From: a virus
Direction: 5' to 3' (one strand)
Length of the DNA stretch: 64,000 nt
IMG/VR virus record: IMGVR_UViG_3300044591_000896
Coordinates: 51,480 to 115,479 of that record
Of this stretch, positions 27,140 to 38,800 are shown one piece after another (position 1 is the first letter of the stretch; each line of letters starts with the position of its first letter). The notes beneath the pieces are model-generated. The model was not told the DNA's origin. It made no database searches and saw only the letters and a list, made by a program, of their open reading frames with translations. The position numbers were made by a program, and so were the translations under genes.

Positions 27140-29403
27140 ATCCACTCCACCACTCTTTCTGTCCATCCGCCAGATTCTATTACATTCATTGGTGTTGCTT
27201 TATGATCCGCTGCCAATGTGCCAAGTGCTCCACGTGTTTTAACACGATATCTACCTGTTGGCTTAAAATATGCTGTTCCTAAAATATTATTGATATCAAC
27301 AAATCCTGGCTTTGATAATGAGACATACTTATTAACATCATTTTGTGATGCTATCCAAACAATATTTTCATCATCATTAAAATCAATAAATTGATATTCT
27401 AATGCATCAAATTCAATTACCTCTGAGTCAATAAGAAAATATCCGCTGAATGCGAATCCGCTTTGATATTGGCTATAAGAATCTCCAACAGTATTATTAT
27501 TTATTACTAATACTGTATTATCTGCTGGTGTGTCCTTTGATATGTCTAGCTTTAGTCCGCCTGCGCTCAAAAAAGTCGTTGGTGCTTGTGCAAGCTTTGT
27601 AGCATCTCCAGTATACTGGGTTGGCACAATTGAATTCCATATAATCTTTACGTTATTTCCAGAAGCAACTTCTTCTTGGCTTAAAGAAATAATGTTGGGA
27701 AGAACTGACCCTTCTGGCTTTTCATAAAAATTCCAAACTGGTACCGTTTGTGAATATATCTTATCTCTTGTATAAAATTGCAAAACATTATTTTGATCAA
27801 AGAAGGCATTCATCTGTATGTCTCTACACAAATCTTGAAGGTGCTCCCATACCGTTTTTGAATCTGTTGTCCACCAGTATCCTATTGTTGGTATTGAAGT
27901 GTCTTTAATTACTACGGCGCCTTTTGCAGATGTTTCTGTTACCATATTTATATTATAGTTTGTAAATCCAACTGAGTCTAGCAGTCTTCTAATTATTGCA
28001 GTTGCTGAGTATGTCTCGCACAGCATGTCTGGCGCTATTGATTCCATTAAATACTTTGCGCCATCTAGGGCAACTATATCTGTGTCGCCAAAGTTATTAA
28101 TTGTCCAGCTATCCATGTAGTAAGATCCCTGTGGAATCTTATACTCTGTTGAGCCATCATATATCTTAAAGTGTGGTCTTAGTTCTGCATTTTTAAATGT
28201 GTATAAGAAATCAAAGTCAGATGGGCCATTGGCAATAGTTGTCCATGGCTTTTCTCTATTGTATGATCTAATCATAACCTGGTTCTGATTGTAGTTTGAT
28301 AAAGACAAAGAAAGAACATTTGCTGAAAGCTTTCCTACTGGAAGGATGTCGCTTGAAGATGAATTTGAAGACTCTTGTGATAATGAAAATCCTGCAACTA
28401 GTGGGCTTATTTCCTTTACCCATCTTGCAGAAATCTCTATTAATCCCATGACGCTTGTTCCGCCAGGATTTTTTGCAGTTAATGCAATTGATTTTATATA
28501 CTTTGGGGCCCTGTAAATATTGTCAGTAAAATGAATCCAGTTTTCATCTATCTCAGTAGGATATAAAGATACTTCTCCTGATGGAAAATCTGTGCTAAAG
28601 TTAGGCATTATTCCTGACTTTACTGCTCCATCTTTATAGGTTATGCTAACTGTAACTTCGGATGGTAGTGCATGATTCTTATCAAATCTAATTAATATCT
28701 TATTTGCAATCGCTGCTTTTGTTTCTGGTATAGTGGCTACTCCAGCAGATGTTAGATAGCCAATCTTACCTATGTTCTTTTCTATAATAAATGAAGTACT
28801 TGATGGTACCTCTATAATTTTGCCGTTTGTATTATATGCTGTGTCTGACATTCCAGTTATTGTTATTGTATTGCCAGTTACAAATCCATGTGGCACTGTG
28901 GTTGTATATTTAACCTTGAACCTTGTACCAGTATTTGATGCCTCCGCTTTTATAATAGAAACAGTTGTTTGTGAATATTTAATTGTTATTGTTGAGTCTT
29001 TGCCTTCTGGCGATAGCCAGTATTTATAAAATGTTGATGGACCTGGATAATAAACTCTTGGTGTAGAAAGATTATAGTATGTAGCTTTTGGATCTTTATA
29101 TATAAAATTAGTTCCATCTGATGGTACTACAAAATACTTGACTCCAGAATTTAGTGGTCTAAATGGCTTTATAATAGAATCAACTGGAAATAGCTTTTTA
29201 AATGGATTAGCTGTTCCCTGTTTAAAATTAGTTATTCCAGCGGTATATTCTGCATCTGTGTTTGATGAATACACTGATATATTGTCTATCATTGTATTCA
29301 TATTGTATTCTATTTCACAGCCAACTGATATATTGATTGATGATCTGTTTTTTAATATTCCTGTGACGGCATCTGTTTGTGCTGGAGTTGCAAGAGAAAT
29401 CAT
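27136..29403 (-). CDS. Minor tail (hub-like) protein
   Basis: Second gene after the tape measure; TVWEHLQDLC...FFDQNNVLQF pattern. Confidence 0.65.
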   Translation of the reverse strand: MISLATPAQTDAVTGILKNRSSINISVGCEIEYNMNTMIDNISVYSSNTDAEYTAGITNFKQGTANPFKKLFPVDSIIKPFRPLNSGVKYFVVPSDGTNFIYKDPKATYYNLSTPRVYYPGPSTFYKYWLSPEGKDSTITIKYSQTTVSIIKAEASNTGTRFKVKYTTTVPHGFVTGNTITITGMSDTAYNTNGKIIEVPSSTSFIIEKNIGKIGYLTSAGVATIPETKAAIANKILIRFDKNHALPSEVTVSITYKDGAVKSGIMPNFSTDFPSGEVSLYPTEIDENWIHFTDNIYRAPKYIKSIALTAKNPGGTSVMGLIEISARWVKEISPLVAGFSLSQESSNSSSSDILPVGKLSANVLSLSLSNYNQNQVMIRSYNREKPWTTIANGPSDFDFLYTFKNAELRPHFKIYDGSTEYKIPQGSYYMDSWTINNFGDTDIVALDGAKYLMESIAPDMLCETYSATAIIRRLLDSVGFTNYNINMVTETSAKGAVVIKDTSIPTIGYWWTTDSKTVWEHLQDLCRDIQMNAFFDQNNVLQFYTRDKIYSQTVPVWNFYEKPEGSVLPNIISLSQEEVASGNNVKIIWNSIVPTQYTGDATKLAQAPTTFLSAGGLKLDISKDTPADNTVLVINNNTVGDSYSQYQSGFAFSGYFLIDSEVIEFDALEYQFIDFNDDENIVWIASQNDVNKYVSLSKPGFVDINNILGTAYFKPTGRYRVKTRGALGTLAADHKATPMNVIESGGWTERVVEWI

Positions 29404-29879
29404 TATACTTCCTCCAGCGTCATTGATATTGTCCAGAAAGAATGTAATCCACGCTTTTGTAAGACTGCGGAAAATTCTGTAAACGATACTGTATATACTT
29501 CTCCTGTATTGACATTGTCTTCTGCGGCACCAGACTTTGCAAAATTTAATAGTATTCTAAATGTGCCCTTGCCCTCTTCGCTTGCATAAAATCTTCTTAG
29601 ATCTTCTGCCCCAAGGTTTCCGTCTGCCGTATGTGTTCTTGTAGTTGGTAGCATATTCCAAGACATGCTAAATGTTTTTTTATCAGCAATAAAAAATTTT
29701 CTGAGGGTTCCGTTAGCCATTCTTTGAACTTGCTGGATTCTATTTGAGCCTACAGTTATTTCTGATCTATTGTGGTCAGATATTTTTAGCCAAGTTAAAG
29801 TGGTGCCTGGTACAGTGGCAAGAACATCCTTGCCCTCTATTTGTAGCCCTACGCCTTTAGGTAATTTTGTATAACCCAT
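29403..29879 (-). CDS. Distal-tail-like protein
   Basis: Immediately after the TMP; RMANGTLR...WNMLP...TLEEV. Confidence 0.65.
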   Translation of the reverse strand: MGYTKLPKGVGLQIEGKDVLATVPGTTLTWLKISDHNRSEITVGSNRIQQVQRMANGTLRKFFIADKKTFSMSWNMLPTTRTHTADGNLGAEDLRRFYASEEGKGTFRILLNFAKSGAAEDNVNTGEVYTVSFTEFSAVLQKRGLHSFWTISMTLEEV

Positions 29880-32800
29880 TATGCTCTAACCTCCAATCCA
29901 CTTCCTAGTGATCTACTTTCTCCCATAGATTTAACTGATATCTTGCTCATTGTCTTCATAGACTCAACTGTTTTTCTTGTAACCATATCAGATAGTGCAT
30001 TTATGTCACCATCAAATCCATTAATATTATTTGTAATGTTATATACGCCTCCACCCATTGTAGCATTATTAGCATTAGGATTAAAGGGGTTCATGTTAGC
30101 AGGAACTACTGCTTCATTCTTATGAAGCATCGCAAGCATATCTGCTGGGACATTATTAATTCCAGTTTCAAATTTAGGAATGTTGAATTTTCCTCCAGCC
30201 ATTCCTCCTTCTGCAAAATGCCCAGCCTTTAAGAATGGCAAAACCTTACCCAATCTTTCTTTTTGATCAGCAGCTCTCGTAACAATTTCTGTTAGTGTTT
30301 TTTCTAATTCTGATGATATTTTAGTAAATCCCACTTTGCTTAAGTTCAGGGAATCAAAAAATCCTAGATCTCTTCCATCTAATATCTTTTTAAATCCAGA
30401 TACTACTTTTTGAGGAGCTAAAGATGCTACAACTGGGTGGGACACAGAATTTGTATTTCTTCCACCTTCATGAACTATTGTGTCAATAAGGTATTTAAAT
30501 CCTTTTGGACCTAGCTTGGTAAAAGCTAGCCTTAAATTCTCTCCTTGCAAGAAGCTATCTCTTGCTCTACCAAGTGAGCTAAATGCTTGACCAGGTATTC
30601 TTTCTCCTGCCAACATCAGTCTTGCAGTTTCCATTCCGTGAGTTTTAGCTAAAAACGATTCTAGAGCTGCATAGGCTCTTTTGCTTTGAGACCAAATTGA
30701 TTTCTGTCCGCCACGTAAATCTAAAGTTTTTCTTCCAGTAAGTTTTTTGAAAAACATTTCATATATGTTTCCAGCTTCTTCGCTAAACACATTAACCGTA
30801 TTTTTAGTTTTTGAATATGATGAAGACATTCCTTTTGAAGCTGTGGTAAACAAATCAAAGTCAAAAAGGTTTCCGAACATGCTGTGCTTAGCAGCAAACA
30901 TGTCATCTACTGCATTTCCTAAAACACCAGGTACTGATCTATCTAAAAGTGTTTCTGGAAGTATGCCTCCATGATAAAAAGGACGCATTGATAGCTCTTT
31001 AAGTGTTTCAAACATTTCTGGTCCTGAGCTTGGATCAACTGCTGAAGGTGACCAGCTTCCTTCTCTTCCACCCATTTCTAATATTTTTCTAGCTTTCATT
31101 GTTCCATATGGGGTGTATCTGTATAAGAAATTTGATATAGCTTGCTTTGGATTAAATGAAGATTTTGCTGGCAATATAAATTCTTTAAAGAATTTAAATG
31201 AATTCTTTTTAGCATCAATGCCAGAAGTTATTTTTGACTTTACCTTGCTTCCAATTTTAGCAATAGGATTTAAAGTTGTCGCTTTAGTTAAATTAGATAG
31301 TAGCCCAAAAAGTTCACCAAAGGCTTCCTGAGGATTTGTCTTACCAACATTGCTTAGGTCTGCCCAATCATCCCAAGCCTTTGCTCCTCCAGGAGCACCA
31401 GTACGAGATGGTAGAATACGAGGACGATTTGTAATATCGTCAAAAAAGCTTTTGCCTGTTCTTCTAACATAATCGGCTGTATTAGTAAATACAGATGGAA
31501 CCCCCTTTGGACTATAAGGTCTAAAGCCAGCAATTTTAGGTATTTTATACAACGCCTCTTTGCCTACTTTTGTTGCGCCAACTGTTTTCCATAACACAGA
31601 CCTTAGAGTATTTAATATGCCTTTAGGCGTTTGTTGTACGGCTCTTAGTGCTGCTGATCCCAACATCTTTGCAGATGGTGCAGCAACATCTAGTGGGTAC
31701 TTTGATATAGATTTTGCTGCTTTGGTTTTGCCTACAAGGAAGTTGAGGGGGAATAACGCAGCATTTGCATAGTCACCCTTATTTGGTTTTCCAAAGAATT
31801 CGCTTTCTTTTCCTCCTCGAAAAATTTTATTTCCTGTTTGCATTAATCCTTTTATACCTAATGCGTCAAGCCAAGGTACTGAGAATCCCCTAAACAGTCC
31901 ATCTCCAACTGCTGGTCCATAAGAATAAGGAGAGTTGTTGGATGAACTTTTATTTTTAGATTGGCTTTCAGTATAAACTCCCTTATCAATATATCTAGCA
32001 TTAAGCTGATCAAGAGTCATTCCCTTTGTATCTATTACACTGATACCAAATCCACCACTCAACTTATCATAAACATAATGTTTTTTTCCATCAAGCTTTG
32101 TCCATTTAGGCGCTGACATCACATTTGTTGAGTCGTGCTTATGACCTACTGGACCACCGTCATGGAACCCTTTTATCCTGCCTAGTGGATGATTTTTGAC
32201 TCCAGTATAGAATGGAGCAAATTGTCCAGCAGTTTCATTGCCAATCATGTACTTGGTTCCAATGTATCCGTCTTTCATAGCTGCTTGGACTGCTGGATGA
32301 TTAAATTTTACTCCATACATACCTTCTGTAAGACCATACTTTTTTGCCATATCTGTAGAGCTAGCAAACCCTTTACTTTTTAATATTGTCATTATGGCTT
32401 TAACATCTAGCTTTGTCTTATATGAGTTACTACCGTATCTTGGATTTCCAGCTTGATACTTAGGGCTTGATGAAAAGTGTGTAAAGTTTCCTAAAGTTTG
32501 TTCTTTTTGAGCCTGGTATTCGAGTGGATGTAAAAGCTCATCAGCTAGGTTTGGATTTGGGGAATTATGGACTCCCTGCTTCATAAGCTTAAGTGCTTCT
32601 AGTTTATTTCTAGTAGATCTGATGGCTCTGGTTGGCCTAATAAATGGAATTATAGATGCGTAGTCCATAGCTCCAGCGTTGCCTTGTGCAATTCTTCCAG
32701 CTGTGTTGTACATTGAAATTTCTTTTAATGCCTCTAAAGCAGTAGCGTTCTTTTCTGACTGGCTTAAAGATGTCTTGTATTCTGGTGCACGGTAATCAAG

Positions 32801-35800
32801 TTTTTTTGCTCCATGGTTTTGCATTCCAGTAACATAAGCACTTCCTGCATTACTAAACCAATTTAATGGATTAAATCTTGACAGCCAGCCACCTTCTGCA
32901 AACCCAGGAATCATTCCGCCTTTATTTAAATATCCTGAGTTTATTGGTGAGGGTGACCCTAATCCAACTGGGCCACCACCTGCAAGCTTTTGAGCATTTA
33001 GTCCATCAAAGAAACTAACTCCATATTGCTTTACAGCTTTTTCTTTAATTACATACTCACCATTTGAAAGCCAAGCTGGAATAGAATCAGATGTTCCAGT
33101 TCCTGGACCCTTTACATTTCCACCCCACTCAAAATTCTTAACTGGTCCTCCTGTAGCATAGGATCTAAATCCAACATTAGGAATATTGTATCCCCAATAT
33201 CCAACTACTTTTCCTCCCTTTGTTACAGAACCATTGTGCTCATATTTTAATCCGTCTTGAACAAGAGGAGTTTTTACTCCTTTATTGTAAAGTGCTAGAT
33301 TTATGTCTTGCACTCCGTTAAGCGCACCACGATTTACTTTGCTATTTGGATATATATAAGCTTCTCCAGACATAGGCTTTTCTGGGTTCTCAAAGTACTT
33401 TGCTCTTCCTTTAGCTCCTTTGCCAACAGATTTTCCATCTGCTGTAAAGTATTCCATTTTATTATAATCATTAGGATTTTCTGGGTCTTTTTTAATTTCT
33501 CCACGAAGCTTGCTTAAAGGTATAGTTCTTGTTCCATTAACCTCATCTAATCCAGTTAATGTTTTAACATACAAACCAAAGTCTTCAACGTGAGTGCCAA
33601 ATTTTTCAAAATAAGTTTTAGCATATTCTACTGTTGAATTTGCTGGGCCACCAGGATCATTTGTTAATGATTTAAGATACGCTACCCAGTCTTGTTTACC
33701 AGGCTGTACTATAGGCTGGCCTCCTGGCGTTACTATTGTTGATCCCTTTGATGTTGGAACTCCGCTTGTTACGGTTTTAGCAGCTTTTGCACCATCTGAT
33801 CCAAGCGCTGCTAAGGCAGCTACATCTGAGCGAAGTGCCTCAGCAAGTAAAGCAATTGTTCCTTCGTCTGTTGTAATTGCTGCTTTAGATAAAGTTGTTG
33901 CAATGCTCTGCTGCAATGCTTGTACTGACGCATATTCTTTTTGCTTAGCGTTAGCTATTTCCTGTAACTTGTTTGCTCGCTCTTGAAGCTTAATAAGTCT
34001 CTCTTGAACACCAGCTTTTTGAGCCTCAAGTTTTTTAACTTCTGCATCTCTCTTATCTTGAATTGCATTTATTGATAGTGTTTTTTGTCTTTCGTTTGTT
34101 AAGCTTTGTATATTAAGCTGGGATTGTGCTGCACGAGACATATCGCCAGACAATAATGCTTGCTGGTAGTTTAGTTGCTCTTTTTGAACCTCTGTTAAAT
34201 AGTCTTGCTTTTCTGCTTGATCTTCAATGGCACGTATTCTTGCATCTGCTTCTTCATTGATTTTTTCTATCTTTTTATCAAGAGCTTTTATTTCTGCATC
34301 TGCATTCTTTTGAGCATTCTTTGTTGCATCATCTGATGCCTTTTTTGCATCATCGTATGCTTTCTTTGCAGCTGCTCCGTATTCTGCAATTGCATCAATT
34401 GGGTTATTCATTAAATTAGCATTTGTTGTCATCTCTGTTGCTGCTTGAGATATAGCGTTTACAACCTGTAGTAGTCCTTGAGCCTCTTCTCCACTTATAT
34501 CAGAAAGGTCTGCTGTGACTCCATTTGTATATAACTGTATTTTTGCCCAAGCATCAACCATGCTATCAGTTGAATTTAATATGTCTTTATATAGTGGGTT
34601 TTCTTGTATAAGTGTATTTAATATATTGTCGCCAATATCTTGTTGATTAGATTTGTTGGCATTCATGTGGGCTATAGTGTCATTTAAAGCTTCTACTTGT
34701 GACTTTGCTTTTCCGCTAGCATCTTTTACCCCTACTAAGCTTTGGTAATAAAGCTGTATTGCATCTAATCCACCGCTAAATGATGCTGCAATTTCTTTTT
34801 TATCAACATCGGAAGCATTCATTGACTTTACAAAAGTATCTATTGCTACCTTTGCTGCTGAGGCTCTATCGACTATCTTTAAAAATTCTGTTGATGATAC
34901 AGCCTCTGTAGCCTGTGAAGCTTTATTTGAAATAGATATAATGCTGTAAATTTCTCTTGCTGCATCCTGTGCTGATTTTCCTGCTGCAACTAGCTGAACC
35001 TTTAGTGCTGTTGCTGCTTTTGTAACATCATTTTTATCAAGGTCATTAAACATAGACACAATATCGCCTTGTGTCTCTTTGGCTTTCTTTTGTAATGCAT
35101 TAAGTTCTTTTACGGACATATTAATTCCGCCGCCAATTGCAGTAGATCCCGCTGCCTTTACCTTAGTTAATTGACTTTGTGCTTGTGCTGCATCTGTTGC
35201 CTTTTTTATTTTATCAGTTAAACTTACGTATGCAATTCCAAGTTGTTTTGCTTGCTTTTCATTTACATCAAAAGCTTCTTGAGAGGCAAGTCTTGCCTTT
35301 CTTGCATTCTCCCACGCTCCATAAGATACTGTTGCAAGTGTTGTAAGTGCTACTACTGCTACCTTACCCCAACCAGGAATTGCCATTCCAACTAATCTTA
35401 GTTTGGCTAAGCTTTGTGCAAATTTACTAACGCTCTTAGTTGCTACTGCGGTTTCTGCGGCATCGTCTACAACACTACCTGCTGCTTTAGCAGCCTTTGC
35501 AGCCTTTGCAGTTTTTACACCCTTGTAAATTGATCCAGCAGTCATTACTGCAAATATTCCATTTAGAATAAGGTTTGATTTTTCGCTGGCGATTCCCAAC
35601 TTCTCTAAAGCTTTTGGCAATAACATGAATGCAGCTAATGGCAAAGCTTGCTGTGCTACAATGCTTGCAACTGGACCTAGTGCTCCATAATTATACTTTC
35701 CAGTTCTAATCATTCCGCCTAATGCATGGTTAGGAACAATACCTCCACTGTTCATAGGAACAAATAGCTCTGGCCCCTTTTCTCCAACTATGTAAGGTGT

Positions 35801-38800
35801 GCCACCAGATACAGGTCCGCCCTTTTCTCTGCCCTCTAAGCCAAATATTAATTTCTTTAGCTCTTCTGTTAATGGAGTATCTTTTCTAGATTCCCAATTT
35901 GTGTATCTTCTCTTAAGAATATCTCTATCTATTGCAGATAATACTCTTCTTCCTTCTGGTGCGGAAATTGTAGAAGACGCAGCTGATCTAATGACTGAGT
36001 CCATAATGTCTGGCTCTAGTGCTTTTAATAATTGTCCTTGTGCATTTTTAGCATAGCCATATGGCATTTCTTTTGCAAGTGCTTCTGCAAACTTGTCATA
36101 AAGAATTCTTTGTGTTCTCTTTGTTAATCCGCTAGAAGCAAATAGCTTTTCTGCCATTCCTATTTCTAGTGATGTTACTCCCCATCCGCCAGTTGTATTC
36201 TTGCCAAACCCTGCACCAATTCTACGCATAGCAAGAGATTTAATAACATTGATTAATCCACCGCCATTAAATCCATTAGCATCAGATTTAAATGCCATAT
36301 CACTTAGGCTTACAGCGTGGCCTTTTTGTCTTGCTCTTAATGCTGCAGCTTCTTCTAATTTAGCAAGCGCTGCTGGTGTTAATGATTTTGGAGCTGTTGG
36401 TTTGACTGCTGAATGTATGCCATGAAACTCTTTCCAGTTTACATGCCTTGCATCTTCAAGTCTTTTTATCATTGCAGCATAAACTTCTTCTTCTCTTGGA
36501 GTTAGACCTTTAAAGCCAGCAATTGTTTCTTTTAGTCTAGGAAGGACTTCATCAATTTCATTAAGCATCGATTGCTGATATTGCTGAGGGGTCATTCCTC
36601 TTGGAATGTCTACTGTTGATTCTGCAAAAAATCTCTTTGCTCCGCCCTTTACGCCAAGTAAATTAATTCTTGCTTGTTCTGCAACTGATGGCATATCGTC
36701 TGCATATGATCTTAAACCAGAAGCTGTTTTAAATACACCCATAGTTCCGCCGTCTGCAACAAAACTTCCTCCAATGTTGCCAGGTGATAAGTCTTTATCT
36801 CCTCTTAATGCTGATGCAAGTAACTGCTGGAAGTACTCCTGCTCTGACATTTCTTTTGGTAAGCTTGCAAATCTTGGATCATAAGGTGATTCAAGAACAA
36901 GAAGCTTTCTTTTACCTGCTGGATCTGTTGGGTCTATCATTACCCTTATTTCCTGCTGAGGAGGTGTTAATCTATGTGCGCCTTGGTGTATTGCATTATA
37001 TCTTTGCTCAGCAAGTGCAGCAGTTTCATCAAGGACTGGCTTAACAAATACTCTTGTTCCATCTGGCTTTGTGTATACTCCGCCCACTCCTTCAACTGGG
37101 AAGCTGTGTCCTTTTGTATCTTCTTCTTTCTTTCCAAAGTTAGTTGGTTCTTCTTTTGCAAAACGACTCTTGTTAACTGCTTCTGTCGTCTGCTCCATAA
37201 CCTCTCTACGTTTTCTTTGCTCTTGAACCTGCTTAATTGATTTAGGCATTCCAAGGAATAATCTTCCATAGTTAGCTTTTCTCTTTTTAATGATTCCGCC
37301 CATTGCAAAGCCATCAAGCATCATATGAGCAAATGCTCCATCTTCACCATTAATCTTTAGTTCTTTAGGATTATATGTTTCATAAGAGCCCATAAAGTTT
37401 GTACCAAACTCTTCATTTTTTGTTATTAAAGTATCAAGATCAGATGTTCTATATGGACTTATTGCTGTTGCACCCTGAAATCCAGAGGAGTGGTTTCCTG
37501 GATCTTTGAACCCTCTTCTCTGCCCAGGTACATTTAAAGAATCAATATATCTTTTTCTTAGCCCTAGCTGATCTGCTATTTTAAGGTACTCTGCGTGTTG
37601 AGCTTGTGCAAATAGTCTTTCTCCAATAAGCGAGTCTCCATGTGATGCAAGATTTGATACGATACCGTCTCTTGCCTCTAGCACAAGTCTATCAGCCAAC
37701 TCGTCATCTATTTTATTTACTTTTAAAAATCTTCTTAGTGCTGGTAGTGCCTCTGAAGGGGGAAGGAACATTATGTCATCTATTATTTCTTGTGGCTTAG
37801 CTGTCCCCGCATTTATCTTTGAATTTGTTGTTTTTCTAGTATTCAGTCCCCAGTTTCCAACAAAGAAGTATCCATTTTTATTTCCAAGAACTCCTCTTCT
37901 TGGTGCAGCAGCTCCAAATACGCCTTCAACATAATCATGAGCATCATCTGCGTCAGTTCTATGCTCTCTTCCAAGCCTTATTTGTGGCGAAAGGTTTGCT
38001 AAATCATCTGCTGACTTTGCTTTCTTTCTTTTAAACAAACTCTTTAATGCATCAAATCTTCCATAGTTGTGCTTGCCAGAAACAATTGGTCCGCCTAAGA
38101 TTCCGCCTGCATTTCTAAATTGAATTCTTTGTCCGTTATTTGCTGCCTCTAGTATAGGCAACATCTCTTGTGTTTGTTCTGGTGTAAATACTGTCTCATA
38201 TGGAGTCAGCATTGCATCAATCATTCCGCCACGGTTATATGGCTTACTCTTTTTTGCATATTCCACTAGCTGTGGATTATTTCTTGTTGCATCTTGATTT
38301 AATACAAAACCACCAACTGGTATTTTTGCCATTGTGTTGTCATAGTTTACACTCTTGTCACCAGGTACAACTGGGCCATCTTCTAATGTGTATACATATC
38401 CACCATCATTAAAGCCTCTAAGTGGACCTCTCTTTGGAAGAATAATTCTTGGCTTAGTTGTTTCTATGCTGTATCCGCCGCCAGAAGTTCTAACACCTAA
38501 TCCTTCTGCAACCTTATCGACAAGAGCTGCTGTCTCTGGCTTATGGAACATTTCTTTCATGTTGGACTTGCCAGTTACTGGATCAACCACTGGCTGGCTA
38601 GTAAATGGTACTGTAGTTAGATTTATTCCTCTTCCCATACCAGCGGCAACCTGTGCAGCTGTTTCTGCCATCATAACTTCAATGGTTGCATTTAATGAAA
38701 TAATTTTTGCTCTTGCTTGATCTACAGTGATTACACCTTGCTGTAGCTGTCTTACAATCATAGCTCCTTCATCTGCAGCCAATTGTGTGAGCTGTTGCAT

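Noticed and set aside
25148-29403. Split or pseudogenised tail gene
   Set aside because: The junction is a normal ATGA overlap with a GGAG RBS.
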